Assembly (NCBI GenBank): GCA_907165135.1
Contig: OU015568.1
Span: 620,001 to 684,000 of the forward strand
From: Oikopleura dioica
Taxonomy: Eukaryota > Animalia > Chordata
Direction of reading: 5' to 3'
DNA length: 64,000 bases
Positions 24,850 through 37,803 of this stretch are shown here, one piece after another. The notes beneath the pieces are model-generated. The model did not search any database. It saw nothing but the letters and a program-made list of their open reading frames with translations, and had not been told where the DNA came from. The position numbers were made by a program, and so were the translations under genes. Each line of letters starts with the position of its first letter. Position 1 is the stretch's first letter.

Positions 24850-26868
24850 ATTTACGAAAAAATTTCATTTTTGACGGACTTTATATTGACAGTACATCTG
24901 GAAAGATGGCGTCCTTCTGCAGATGGACTGATTTCCGATCATTAGTAAAGTATCTGAGTAATACCCCGCTGCGAGAATCAGATATGAAGGGTTTATTTCC
25001 AAGCAGCTGAAGATAAAATCACAGAAAAGACGTGAAAAGACTCGAGGTACCAAACAGCTGTGATGAAGTCAGAATCATGGTGAATTTTTACATGAATAAT
25101 ATTATTTTTTTAATTGAATAACCCAAAGTCGGATTAATTATGGCATAATTTTTCTTAGTATTTTCGTTAAAAAAGTAAGGATTATTATATGTTGATCTTT
25201 TTTTGCATTAAAAATTGATTGTTATTGAATTTTTACAAGGTCGCTCGTTTTCGGAATTTTAAGATCCCTTGCGCGAAGGGATATCCCACGCGCGAAGGGA
25301 TCGGCGCGATCCCTTTGTTTATGTGAGCGCTCCCTTCTCGTTGCCTCTCGCTGCGAGGCGATCCCTTACACCGTGGGATCGAAACGGCGCTGTGGCGCGC
25401 GATCCCTTCAAAATCCCCCGCGATTTGACACCCTGATCATTACCACTTTTTCGCTTGAGTCGGTGAGAAGTTCTTCTTCCGGTTCACTGATCCCAAGCGC
25501 CTGCTACTTCCGATACGATTTATTGCTATTGTATCAATCTGCCTTTCTTTTCTGATGAATTATCTTTTTGTGAAACAAAGATCTTTCTCCGTCACCGGGG
25601 TTGAACGGAGATGGAGATAAGGGAGGATTTGTTGCTTCATTTTTGTTGTTTTGGAAAAAATCAAGAGATATTTTCATCAATAGGATTTAATAAGAATCTT
25701 GATCTTAATGACCTGTTAAGCTTTAACTGTAAAATTTGCTGTTAATTTTCTGAAATAAAAATCGCAATCAAGTGTTCTTTCTCGAAAGCTGGGCTCAGAA
25801 AACTTTTTATTTTCCGCAAAGTAATGAAGCGGCTTCGCGGTCTTTTTTCGTGAGAGCCGCTGCGCGGCTTTTAATCAAGCTCTTTCAGAACCAGAGTCAG
25901 GTTTTCTACAGAAACAGGAAGAGTATAAATTTCATGATCTTTCAACCCTCGCCTCACCCGCTGACTCTTTCAATACAACTTGGCAGAGTATGAAAAAGGG
26001 TTGAATATTAATCGAGCGACGGGGAGTCGTAGACAAAAATTGAGCCCGCCTCACAGCTGCCCATCGATTCTTTTCCGAGCTCCCGGCGTTTGATCAAGCA
26101 CAAAATTTCGACTTCGCGCGAAAAAGCCCTTACGCGCACATACAGTGGTTACCCATCTTAAGAGGCCCTAACTTAAGAGGACTTTTGCGTCAATTTGGCT
26201 TATTTTGTCATCCTAAAAAGTTCCAACTTAAGAGGACTTTAAGCATTTTTTTTTACAGTAAAGAAACTCGAAATCTTTGACTGCTTTTCTGGCTATTTTG
26301 AAGACGATGGCTTTGCAATGTCGGCTTCATCTGAACCTAGAATTTGATGGCGAAAAGGGTGCTTTGCCGCGGTTATTGGAAGGTGGGAGGGGTTAATTGT
26401 GCTCTTGACGCTCGGATATTACGAAACTTGTCGGCGATTGGTAAAAAAGATTTTTGAGAATTATTCTGTTTTATGAGCACTTTTTACTGTAATTCATAAT
26501 TATACATTTATTTGCATTAATATATTCTTTACATTATTTGTACAATATCGCCGTCGTTGGTACAAAGTCAAAGAGTATCACCAAACAGCAAATTGATAAA
26601 ATAGCGGAGGTTAAAACTCAAAATAAAATTATGGTTATTCGAAAAGAAAATCGAAAAGCCACGCCTTGTAGCAACAATTTGTGCGGTAACGCCATTTTCC
26701 TTGGAGCAATCATTTCGGCGTAGATTTTGGACCGATGCCAGATTTCTCGGTGCTTTGGCATAGAATTCGGAGCGAAATACTGATTTTTACTTATCAATTA
26801 TTAAAGATAAAAATTATATTTCTTCATGAATAAATTTAATCTCTTGTTGTTTGACATCGATGAAATTG

Positions 26869-27338
26869 GTATGGTTTTGTTTATTTCAGTAAAGCTTTCG
26901 GATGCTGAGATCCATCTTCAGTACTAGAATAAAGTGTAAAGAATACGAAAAGAAGTAAAAATTAACCTTTGAGGGCTAGACTTTGCGAGAGAGTAGCCCA
27001 CTGAAGTTCAAATGAAAGATTTCAAGGGAAATGAATTTGGTCTAGAGAATTTTTGAAAAAGTAAATGTTGAACTAGAGATTTTTTGAAATGATTAATATA
27101 ATCGGGCTTCGGATCATTTTCAAAAAATCTCTAGTTCAACATTTACTTTTTCAAAAATTCTCTAGACCAAATTCATTTCCCTTGAAATCTTTCATTTGAA
27201 CTTCAGTGCGCTACTCTCTCTCAAAGTCTAGCCCTCAAAGGTAAATTTTTACTTCTTTTCGTATTCTTTACACTTTATTCTAGTACTGAAGATGGATCTC
27301 AGCATCCGAAAGCTTTACTGAAATAAACAAAACCATAC
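26869..27338. repeat. Near-perfect long palindrome, about 225-bp arms and about 20-nt loop
   Basis: GTATGGTTTTGTTTATTTCAGTAAAGCTTTCGG... mirrored up to ...CAAAACCATAC. Confidence 0.9.
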
Positions 27339-27656
27339 GAATAAATTTAATTGTCATTTTTCAATGAAAAAGTCATATCGAGGGAGATTTTTTAAAAAAA
27401 CTAAATTCTGGATAGGCCAACCTTTCTATCTCTCATTTCAATCTGCTATCCATCTGCTTGTAAAAGTACCGGCATTACAGGCCCTTTTTCGACCTGGTCC
27501 CTCGGCCGACATCCTCACCCGGCGAGTCACGTTGAGCCAACACGCATTTGCGGCTAGAATCGAGTTCTCAGAATATTCTTGTCTCTAGAATTAGATTCTT
27601 TATTTGTTATCACAGCAAACATAATGATCAGTTTTTAAAAATCACAAAAGGAACCC

Positions 27657-28768
27657 ATGTCAAGAAGAAAAGTCTCACGAATCGTCGTCAAACCTTGCTC
27701 AAGCCCGGATTTTGCCTTTGAAAAATTACAAATTGCCCCGAAAGAAAGGTTTTTGAGCTTTTAAGGACCCCCCCATCAAGAATCGTGAAATACGGGCTGT
27801 TTAGTGAAAGTTTTTCTCAGAAACAATCTTAGGTAGACCCTTAATTTCAATTTTACAAGTTTAGGCCCTAAGCTACGACCGTTTACCTAAAGAGAGTTTT
27901 TGGTCAATAAATTTAAGGAGGGAAGCCCCTTTAAAAATTTATAAGGCGAAAATTTAGCAAATTTTCAGATTTTAATTTTCTGTTTTTCCTGCCTAAATTG
28001 CCCTCAATAATGTTTTTCAAACAATTTTTATGAAGGAAATGCATTTTAAGATAGGTATACCCTTAATTTAAATTAAAAAAGAGCAAATCTAAGATTTTCA
28101 TTAAAAATATAATGCAAATTTTCGATTTTTAAACCCAATTTTTGCAAATATTTTCTATAGCAGCAAAAAAATTTTCAAAAAAAAAGTTTTTCCTCGTTCT
28201 CTAAACAACCCAAAAAAGTCAACAAATAATGAAAATTTGGACATTATCCATCTTGATGGGGGGGTCCTTAAAACTTAAAATTCAAACGCATTTTAGCACG
28301 AGCAAACTGTCAAATGAGCTTCCGAGCTGTCCAAATTGTCAAAAATACAGAGCGGAAATCAAGAAGTTACGATCGCTGAAAAAGGTTAACGAAAGCTTTT
28401 TTACTCCGCCGGTTTTGGTCGCCAATGTCGGTATGTTTTCGTCAAAAATTAAGCAAAATCGTCTATTGATCGTCTAATAACCGAGAATTTTCTAGCAACA
28501 ATGACTCCACCAATGGTCAAACTCCCCGTTCTCAAAGCAAAATCAACGAAGAAAACTACTGGAACCCGAAGATCTAATTTTTGGCCATTCATGAAAGGGA
28601 CTAAAACCAAAACAAGACGACGGAGAACTGTTTCCACCCCCGATATTGGCATCATTGACGAATCAAATCTAAGGTTTTTCCACAAAAAAGGTATTTATTA
28701 ATCCCTTTCTTTTAGCAAATCATCGTCAGTTCTCGATCTTCTTCCCCAAGTGCCGCAGCAGAAAATGA
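27657..28768 (+). CDS. Hypothetical small basic protein, four exons
   Basis: MSRRKVSRIVVKPCSSPDFAFEKLQIAPKE|STSKLSNELPSCPNCQKY...|TMTPPMVK...FFHKK| with phase-compatible GT-AG junctions. Confidence 0.45.
27765..28267. mobile_element. MITE with TTAA TSD and GG termini (Kolobok-like)
   Basis: TTAA|GGACCCCCCCATCAAG ... CTTGATGGGGGGGTCC|TTAA. Confidence 0.8.
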
Positions 28769-28972
28769 AAATAAACTTGGCGAGATCGAAAATTCCTGTA
28801 CTCAAGAATAAAAAATGAATTTCTACTCAAATCGCTTCCTAGGGTTTGTTTGAGAACGATAGACTTATCATGAGCGGCTTGAGTTCTTTGGGAGGGCCTG
28901 TAAACATGCAAATATTGGAGGAATATAAGGGTTAATCGTTGCTATGTCGCAAGTTCTGCTTAGTTCGGAGAC

Positions 28973-31900
28973 ATGAGAGATTTCTTCAAGTGGCTTTTTG
29001 GTGAGTTTTTAGCGGCGTTTATAGGGATATTTAGGAAAATTGGCGTTTTAACATTCTTACAAAAAGTCAAAAAAAATTTGAAATCAAGGACGACAACACT
29101 TTTTAAGCCGCTCTTCTGGGTGCTGGCATCGCCCTGGCAATCGCCCTCCCCCTTCTCTTCATCGGAGAAGAGCCATATGAACCAACTATCGGCAAAAATG
29201 GCCAAGTCTTCCCTGACAAAGATTTCCTCCTTTTTGAAGATATGTGGAAGGGAAAACTCAGCTCGAAATCCTTCAATCCGACTTTTTCCGCTGTGAACCC
29301 GAACCAGTATTTTTGCACAGAAAACTTGAGCGATGGAAAATTTATGATTTACCGGAAGAACATTGATGATTATGATGGAGAATCGGATGATTGCTCTGTT
29401 GGAGAGAAGGTGACAAAATCAACTGCCTTCAGCGAGTGGTACAGAAGCAAGGGAATGCAGAAATATTATCTTTCGCCTGATGAGAAATTTGCTTTGGCGA
29501 GAAATAATTATATGAAGCAGTGGCGACACTCTTACTTCTCCGACTACTACGTTTTCGATCTTGTAAATGAGCAAGAGCTAACAAATGCCAATATTGCGAC
29601 TTTCAAGCAGGTTCAATATGCGACTTGGTCACCGAACGTCAATGGAATTCTGAAATTGCTCTGGGTTGACAACAACAAAGATATTTACTTCGCTTCTGTT
29701 AGTGATCGGTTTTCGACAGCAAGGAGAGTAACTGATGACGGAGGCTGGTGCATGGAAAACGGAGAACATCACCTTCTAGGTAAGGTTATTTACTGAAAAA
29801 TTGCTTGTTTGATGACGCAGAAAATTTTTGTGAAGAATTGAACAGTAGAATTGAATATCGGTGTATCTTTCTGAAGTTTTACCAACAGGATTATACACTG
29901 AGCTGATTCTCTAAAAGCTTGTCGAGTTTATCATTAACCTGACTTAAATGTTCAGATTGCGATAAAAATTGATTTATCATCGCCATTTCAAGATCGTCAA
30001 TTTTCTTTTGCGTCATTCGAAACTCATGCTTGACATCGTCCTTGATTTCTTCAAGTTTTTCTTCTAAAACAATTTTATTCAAAGCTGCTCCACTTTTTGA
30101 CAATAGGCTCATTTTAAACATTATTTTTTGACTTTAATTGATAGTCATTATTAACAAGAAACCCTTTCAAATTCGAATAACGATCACTATAAAACGTCGA
30201 TGTCTCAATTTCCAATTTCGATTCTTGAGTGACTCTCTTCTGTGCGAACGGACTTGAATTTCTTTCGCGTTTCTTCTTTGAAATTCTTTAAGTCTTCTAT
30301 GATGGCATCAATATCGTTAATAGAAACGTTTCTCACAGTTCGCATTATCTCGAAAAGTTATCGGGAGTTTTCTTGTTAAAACAAGTCACAAATGTGACAA
30401 TGTAGATTCGTTTGTCGTTTTTATGGATTCAGAGGTGCGAAATAAAGCGCAGCTCCCAGCGATGTGCGAAATCATTTTCATGCAACATCGTGTTTATAAT
30501 TCGTCTTATGAAACAATCGTTATTTTGAGGAATTGGATACGCGTCTGACCCAACAAAATGCATCTACAACGGCGTGCCAGAATGGAATTACGAAGAAGAA
30601 ATGGTCTCCACCACAAACACAATCTACTGGGCCCCAGATGGCAAGTCTTTCACTTTCGCCGCCTTCGACGTCTCTGAAATCGAACTTCTCAAATACAGCG
30701 TCTACCCAGAAAAAGCAACAGCTTCAAGTCCCAAGGAAATCGTCAAGGACTCAATCGATCAGTTCCCAAGAGTCAATACGATCCACTACGCAAAAGCAGC
30801 TGGAAAAATCGCCAAGACAAAATTCTACATTGTCGATGCTTCAAAATCAACTTTCAACGAGGCCACTGATAAAAAAGAACTCGTGCCAATCGGTGGAATC
30901 CTCGATTTTGAGCGTGGAACTGGAGGCGATCCGGAAAACCGCTATTTTACCCGACTTTCCTACGCGGCCGATAGTTCTAGATTTGCCATGGTCTGGTCTA
31001 GCCGCGCTGGAACTCAATCAAAAACTGTCGTTTGCAATACTGACATCGCAAACACTGACTGCTCAATTCGAGGAGGCGAAACTGGTGGCGTTTTTGGTGA
31101 GTTTGATGATGAAGGTCATGTTTGGACAAATTTGGACGAAAAAGGTGGGCAGAAGAATATGTACCACGGATGGGTCGGGGATTTCGGCCCGTTTGAGCCC
31201 ATTCTAACTGGGGATGAGTATTTTACGATTCATTCAAAGAAAGTGGATGGGTCGGAACAAACAGACTCGCATGCCTACGGGATGAAAATCAAGGATGGCT
31301 ACTGGAATATCGCACGTGAGTCATTCCGAGGTCTCCCAGACGGCATCACGGAATTAACCTGGATCACTGACACGACGGAGGATCAATGGGTGGTTACGCA
31401 ACTCAATTTCTATGACTCCGTCAATCAGATTCTCTACTTTACCGGAGCGCGAGGAAACGAAGTAAGACATCGCCAGCGCCATGTCTTCCGAGTTTCCACA
31501 GCCGGAGTGAATTTTCCAGTGAAGGAGCCTGAATGCGTTACTTGTGAGCTCGAGCAAGATCAAAATGGAGCCTCTCATTGTGGATGGGTTAATTTTAGAA
31601 GAAATTGCCAAGAAACTGTCGGAGGTAAGCTTTTTCATTAAAAGTTATAGAAAAACTTTAAAATAGTAATAAATTATTACTAATAATTCATATTGTATAA
31701 AATGTTAAATTACAAATTCCTATTTTAATTTTACCAATAATGGTTTGGAAAAATATTTTCAGGAACCTGTAAAATGCGCTTTATCGCCAACTGCCGAGGA
31801 AATCTTCGCCCTAAGACCTTCATCACCCCTGCCGATCAAGATTTCTCCATCACCGGCAAGATCTCCTTCAATTTGATTCAAGACAACACCAAGCTGCAAA

Positions 31901-33146
31901 ATACGCTCGACGAAATGAAGGGCTACCCAACGACAATTTACGGAACATGGGAAAATCCAAAATGGGGAGGACTCAAACACAACTTTGAAATGTTCGTCCC
32001 AAAGAGTTTCTTTATCGATGGAAATGAACGAAAGTATCCCGTCTTTTGGAAGTCTACGGCGGCCCAGGTTATCAGAAAGTCCAGCAAACATTCAAAACCG
32101 GCTGGACACAGGCTCATTTTCCCGGAGCTTACGATGCAATTACGGTCTCTGTTGATGGCCGAGGCAGCGCTTTTCAAGGCGATAAATTTACTTTCTCCAA
32201 TTATCGGGTAAATAGTTCGAGGAAGAGAAATCAGGATTCAGAGAAATTTAGGCTTTGGCTCATACGGAAAGAGTCGATCAGAGCGATTTTATGAATTGGC
32301 TACTCAATGACAGGAAGAGTTTCTTATTCATATTTTTAATTTTTTGTTTAAACTGGATATTTTTATATTTAAATTAATATTAATATTTTTATATAAATTG
32401 TTATATTACGGATATTGTCAAAATCCACTAAAAGTATTTGAATTATTTTAACAAAACGGATCTGATAAAATCATTTTCTTTAACCATATTTCAAACAGCA
32501 GTTATGGTGTTTGAGAAACTCAAAAATAAGTGAATGGGCCGATCGCCTCGACAAAACACGAGTTTCTCTTTACGGGTGGTCTTACGGAGGATACACTACG
32601 ACACACATTATCGGATACGGAGGCGGAGAGCACGGCAAGATCTTCACAAGTGGTGTTGCGGTAGCTCCTCTTGCTGATAGAAGATTTTATGACGCGATGC
32701 ATGCTGAGCGATACATGGATTTCACTGGCGAACCAAATGAACTTCTATCTGTAAGTCCATTATTTTCGAACAATTTTGGACTCATTAAGCCGCACTGGAA
32801 AAACTGCTCAATGATTGAAAGACCCATCCTCGAAAACGACATGGCGCATTTCCGAGACACAGAATATCACCTTATTCATGGAACAAATGACGACAATGTC
32901 CACTTTTTATCCGCCGCTAGAATGACCAAAGAACTAACCAAGCGAGGCATTGAATTTGACAACTTCGTAATTTATCCCTTATTTCCATCAAACGAATCAT
33001 TGTTCTAGTTCTATGCTGATGAAGATCATTCAATCCGGTCAACGACTCTCACTCAACAGCATATTTACCGAAACATCATCAAGAGAATCGTTCATTCTTG
33101 GGGATACGTTTGGAATGGAGATGGAGAAGGATACAATAGGCAATAA
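28973..33146 (+). CDS. Dipeptidyl peptidase IV family (S9B) type II membrane serine peptidase
   Basis: N-terminal anchor AALLGAGIALAIALPLLFI; IYNGVPEWNYEEE motif; GWSYGGY nucleophile; HGTNDDNVHF; YADEDH. One T is missing near 32045 in the VYGGPG region. Confidence 0.92.
29891..30345 (-). CDS. One or two short coiled-coil ORFs nested antisense in a DPP-IV-like intron
   Basis: MSLLSKSGAALNKIVLEEKLEEIKDDVKHEF... and MRTVRNVSINDIDAIIEDLKNFKEETRK... Confidence 0.35.
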
Positions 33147-33320
33147 ACTTTTTCTGACATAACATTTTATTCAAAGAAATAAAGGCAAATAGAGAAATAG
33201 ATAGGAAGAAAAAATAAATAAGGAAGATATCTTTCAGTAAGATAAATTATTAAAACAGTGGCATGATAAATTATTTGATAAAGAAAAGACGCATGAAAAG
33301 GGAAGAGCTTATCGTTATCT

Positions 33321-34845
33321 TTAATTGTCAGGGACAAACCGTTCGTTAAGAATGTCTTGGAAGGATCCAAGCTGGACGTAGGCATTTTTCACATTTCCAT
33401 CATAAACATTATTTACCGATGTCGAGTCGCCCCCGCGAACGGTCATTTCTCCGTACTCAATCTCATTCGCGAAGCTGGTATCATGGTCGATAAGAACACT
33501 GTGAGGATTGTCTGCTTCGATGAAGATTGCGTTGATGTAGAAGCCGGCGACTCTAGAAACGGCGATGGTGGTTGTGATGTAGTCGAGATCTGTGTCTGGA
33601 CTTAGAGACCCCCCGACAGTGTTGTAGGAAGTGTCGGTGTAGCGACGTCCTGAATTGTCGCATAAAAAATCTGACTCTTATTTTCGGGCTTACCTGTTAT
33701 TGTGCTTCCGCCTGTGCTGCGAATTGGAAGCACATCTTTTGTCAGCGCGCTTCCATCGGCAGTATTCGTTGTGGAAGCAATATCATCATCAGCTGGCAGA
33801 TCAGTTACAGTGAAAATCGCAGCGTTGGTTGCGCTTGTTGTCCAATCGGAAGTTTTGATGTCCATTGAAAGGCGGAAATTGTTCTTCATCGACGGAATCG
33901 TCGCGTAGTTTTGGTTTTGCACGGGAACTTCCTCTATGATTTCAGTCAGAAAAATGGTGTTAAAAGAGAAGATTCTTACCGTTGCAATCAATGAGCGTGT
34001 AGCAGTTGTCTTTCTTCCAGCAGGGATCGCAGAGCTTATCTTCATTGTCATGCACGCAGAAGGTCGCTCGATTGTCTGGATAGATCAGCTCGACGTCCGT
34101 GAAATCAATGTCGATGTCAGTGTTGATGTCGTCGAAGTTCTCTTCGAAATCGCAAAGAGGATCTTCGCAAATGATCACGGCTGAGAATTCACCCTCGTGG
34201 TTTCCTAAAAATTCTAAATCCTAGATCAATTCAACCCTCCTTACCGATGATGACCGCCATGTTGTCATCTCCAGCCAGATCTGTTGTTCCTGTCCAGGCA
34301 ATTGCATACATTCCCGAGTGACCGTAAAGCTTCTCGCTCAATCTCGCGTTGATCTTGTCAAATCCTTTCGCATCATAGAAGAAGTCGAGGAGGTTGACTT
34401 CGTTGTCCCAATCGCGAAGAGTTCGGCCGTAGAATCGGTTCGCATTTTTGTTCCTCTTTCTTGAATTCTTGAAAACTCCTTCTTCTCGAACTTCAGAATG
34501 GGCGATTTCAGCGACGTGTTTGTTCAGCCAGCGAAAGTCCATCTTTTGGCAGTCTCCCTTGTCGGACAAGAAGGAGCCTGGAGTTTTTGCGACGACATAA
34601 CCTTAATTTGAAATTACTGGTTGAAAGATACGAAAATCGCACTATTTACCTGTGTGAAATTTTTTCCAAAGCGAGCTGAGCTTCAAGTTTGCGGAGTTTG
34701 TCGTGAGATGGTCGATGAATTCCGTCTCGTTTTTCCACATTTTTTCTTCGATTCGGTCTTTGACGGTTTTCTCGAGCCCGAGTTTTTCGGAGAACAGGTT
34801 TGCTTTGAAGAGCGCTGAATTTCGAAAAAAGTTGAGCAACTTCAT
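33321..34845 (-). CDS. Uncharacterised, probably extracellular protein with a Cys-rich segment and a C-terminal LamG/ConA-like beta domain
   Basis: ORFs 34642..34845, 34231..34569, 33960..34178 and 33602..34051 read as successive exons (first junction checked for phase); NNFRLSMDIKT and a beta-rich final exon ending FVPDN*. Confidence 0.6.
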
Positions 34846-35358
34846 TTTTCTTTTGAATGTTTTCTGATGAATGTTTTTTTGTGATTTGATGAAATGGTGG
34901 AGAAGAGGATACTTTTAAATGGAAGGGTTCATGGGCTGATGGTTATCACGGTCTTGATTTTCAGATAAGGCAGGTAGAAGATTTCGCGCTTGACCTAGAA
35001 AGCGACCTATTCACTTGGAAAGGGAGAGCTCTAGAATGGTTTTTCTGAAGTTTTCGGAGATTTTCTGTCTGAGAATAAGGCAATAAACAAGCTCATTTTG
35101 TGCTATAATCAGGAAAACAAGCTGTTGAGTTGCGGGTAAAATCTGAGCACGTGCGAGCTCAGCATAATGCGGAAGAATATTTCGGTTTCACAGGTTTCCG
35201 GATCAATTCGTGCCACTTCGGAAATGGAACGTGCGCCGCAAAACTAATCATGTTCGCGAAAAAAACGTAGTCATAAATTTCAAATTTTTGGAAGATGTTT
35301 ATTGAACAAAAAAGAAGGAAGAACAAAGACTAGACATGTACAGGGGAATAAACAGTGC

Positions 35359-35667
35359 TCAAACTGAAGCATTGACATTTTGCGTAATAACAGAAATTCT
35401 GACGGGGTTTCGGTTGATTTGTGGCTTTTCGCGGATCAAAGAGAGCAGCTGGGCTCGCATTTCTTGCTGCTTTCTTGCTCGTTCTTGAGCTTGTTTGAGA
35501 GAGAGAAGGAGCATGATTGTGTCTTTATGGTCCTTGTTCATGTGATCATTCAAGCAGGTCGAGTACTTGAAGCGTCGCCAGCAAAGTCGGCATTTCAGCG
35601 GCCGGGTCGAGTTTTTGATGCTGGAGAGGTGGAAAGAAGAAGTTGAGGAGGAGGACATTTGGGTCAT
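35359..35667 (-). CDS. Small intronless protein with a single C2H2 zinc finger
   Basis: LKCRLCWRRFKYSTCLNDHMNKDH followed by a helical Q/R-rich segment. Confidence 0.7.
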   Translation of the reverse strand: MTQMSSSSTSSFHLSSIKNSTRPLKCRLCWRRFKYSTCLNDHMNKDHKDTIMLLLSLKQAQERARKQQEMRAQLLSLIREKPQINRNPVRISVITQNVNASV

Positions 35668-36351
35668 TTTTGATTTGAATCGTGCTTTGAGATTCGGTCT
35701 GATGATTTGAGTTTAAAATCGACTCGATTTTATAGAACGCGTTATGGAATGTTACGAAACGCGTTGTAACGATTCGCTTTTCTCGATGAATTCTTATATC
35801 ATCAATCGAAAGAGGAGACGAATAAAAGTTTATGAAATCAAATTGATCATTGCCAGGTTTTATATAAGAGACGCGTTTTACCGTGGATTTGGGGAATAAT
35901 ATTCACGAGAGAAGGGAAATCGGGGGCTTTCTCAACATTTTTCGGTCTCATCTTGATCTGCCTTGATATTGGATTAATCTCTACGAAAAATTTACAATTT
36001 AAACTTTCCATGAGGAAATTTTTATTGTGAGCTGATTTCTTCACACAAATGCCGAATTTTGAAACACCAGTATCTGCTTTGATCATTCTTGGGGAGATCC
36101 TTAAGCTTAAATTGTTAGTAAGCTTACGCACAAATGAATTATGTAAAAATTAATGTTGAATGGCTTGAGTTCCAAAACACGGCTTCATTTTAGTATTTGA
36201 ATTGTAACTCAAGACTGACAGGACTGTTTTTATGGGAGATAATTTATGTCCACTTGTCTATGTTAAAATCATTTTTGTCCAGATTGAAAATGCGCAATAA
36301 AGTTATATTTACAGGAGGCAGTGAAAAGCTGACGGAACGGGATGAGATCAT

Positions 36352-36993
36352 TTATTTTTCTTCTTCATACTCTTCCTCTTCTTCCTCTTCTTCATCATAC
36401 TCCCGCTCGTCTTCGTAGACAATTTCTCGTTCTAGAAGCAAGATTATAGCTGGTATTATAAGGTTACGTTAGAATCAAATAAGAATATTGATTCACACTT
36501 CATATGAAATCTCTTTCCATTCGACTGAATTCCAGCCGAGGTTACATAAAAATTATCTCAAGCGCGAGTAAGAAAGTTATATCATTTTTCCATTTCATGA
36601 TTACATCACCAACAAAATGCGCGAGAAAGAATCTTTGCTCTCTTTTCGAATTTCTGAATTTTAGTCATTTTTAAGCGAACCTGTTTGTAATTGTAATTGA
36701 ATGGGCTTCTCCGTCGGCGTGGGCTTTGTTGGAGCTCCGAGTAGTCCAGCGAATTTTCGATAAGCTTTGTGTGGTTTCAAGCTTCCCAGTTCTAAAATAC
36801 GGCTGAGATAAGGAGGATGATCTCGGAAAAAGCCGCGAAAGTGAAAAAAAAAACTTTCGGAAACAAGGAGGGAAAAGATGAGATTACACGTCGTTTTATC
36901 GCCCCCAAAATTGGCGGCAAAACAAATATGGGGACGGGAAATTGGCTCGTAGTTAATATACAAAGTCCACTTTATTATCATTAAGGCGCCCAA
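36352..36993 (-). CDS. Hypothetical protein ending in an acidic tail; structure unresolved
   Basis: Last exon AIILLLEREIVYEDEREYDEEEEEEEEYEEEK*; upstream exons uncertain. Confidence 0.3.
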
Positions 36994-37803
36994 CCGAGTG
37001 TGGATTTATCGTGTCCACTTGAGATACCCTTCATCAAGACATTCCAATTTCCGCATGATGTATCGGTAAATATCCATAACAAGGGGCACCTTAACCGATA
37101 GCAGCCATTTGGTCATCAAAATGGCTATCTGAAGCACTCTATTTTTTAGAGAGATTTTCTATTACAAGTTATTTGAGATAAGGGTTGCGTCAAAACCGTC
37201 GAGAAAAAAGGGAGGATGAGGGGTTGCTTCAGCCAATCAGATACCAGTTTTTGATGCGTCAGCCAATCACAGGGCACCCTAACCCTAACCCACCCTTGTT
37301 CTGAAAAAACGATAACTCAAAAAAATTTTCCTGCCCTTCTATTGGCCAAAAATAAGCCAGCGCCACCTGTGGATGAAAATTTATTTACCTCTTCTTTTAG
37401 CAAGCTTGATGACCCTGTTGATCCTTCTCCGATAATCCTTCCGCAGTCTTCCCTAAATGCCCCCTCCATTTAAATATTTACAAGCCCCCAAGGGTTCATA
37501 AATTAACTCAAGTAGTCCAAAATACTAGAAGAAGGGCTCTTAGGCGAAACATTCCTTTGGAGTCTCCGACTTCCGCTGCCAGCGTTCGCGCGAGTGCTCG
37601 TGGAAACCGCTCATCTCCTCAAAATCCGGCTGAGTTGTCAACACGTCTCCAGATGCCACAATCTTCATTTCGATCAGCTGTGGAATTCGCACTCCTAGGA
37701 AAAAACAATTGGGTTAGGGGTCGGTTTCGTGAACATCAAAACTATTTCCAATGCTTACAAATTCTCAGAAAAAATATTAAAAAGAAATCTCTAGACGAAA
37801 ATT

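Larger units (their letters stand above)
14560..25435 (-). mobile_element. hAT DNA transposon with internal 4.86-kb tandem duplication
   Basis: TIR CAGGGTGTCAAATCGCGGGG at 14560 and its complement ending at 25435 (also at 20569). Perfect 8-bp TSD ATCATTAC at 14552-14559 and 25436-25443. Subterminal GGGATC repeats and hAT transposase motifs present. Confidence 0.95.

Noticed and set aside
30533-31207. 224-aa overlapping ORF within the DPP-IV-like exon
   Set aside because: A Ser/Thr-rich alternate frame produced by codon bias of the real frame.
37277-37292. Telomerase RNA template
   Set aside because: Only a short CCCTAA run with no supporting structure.
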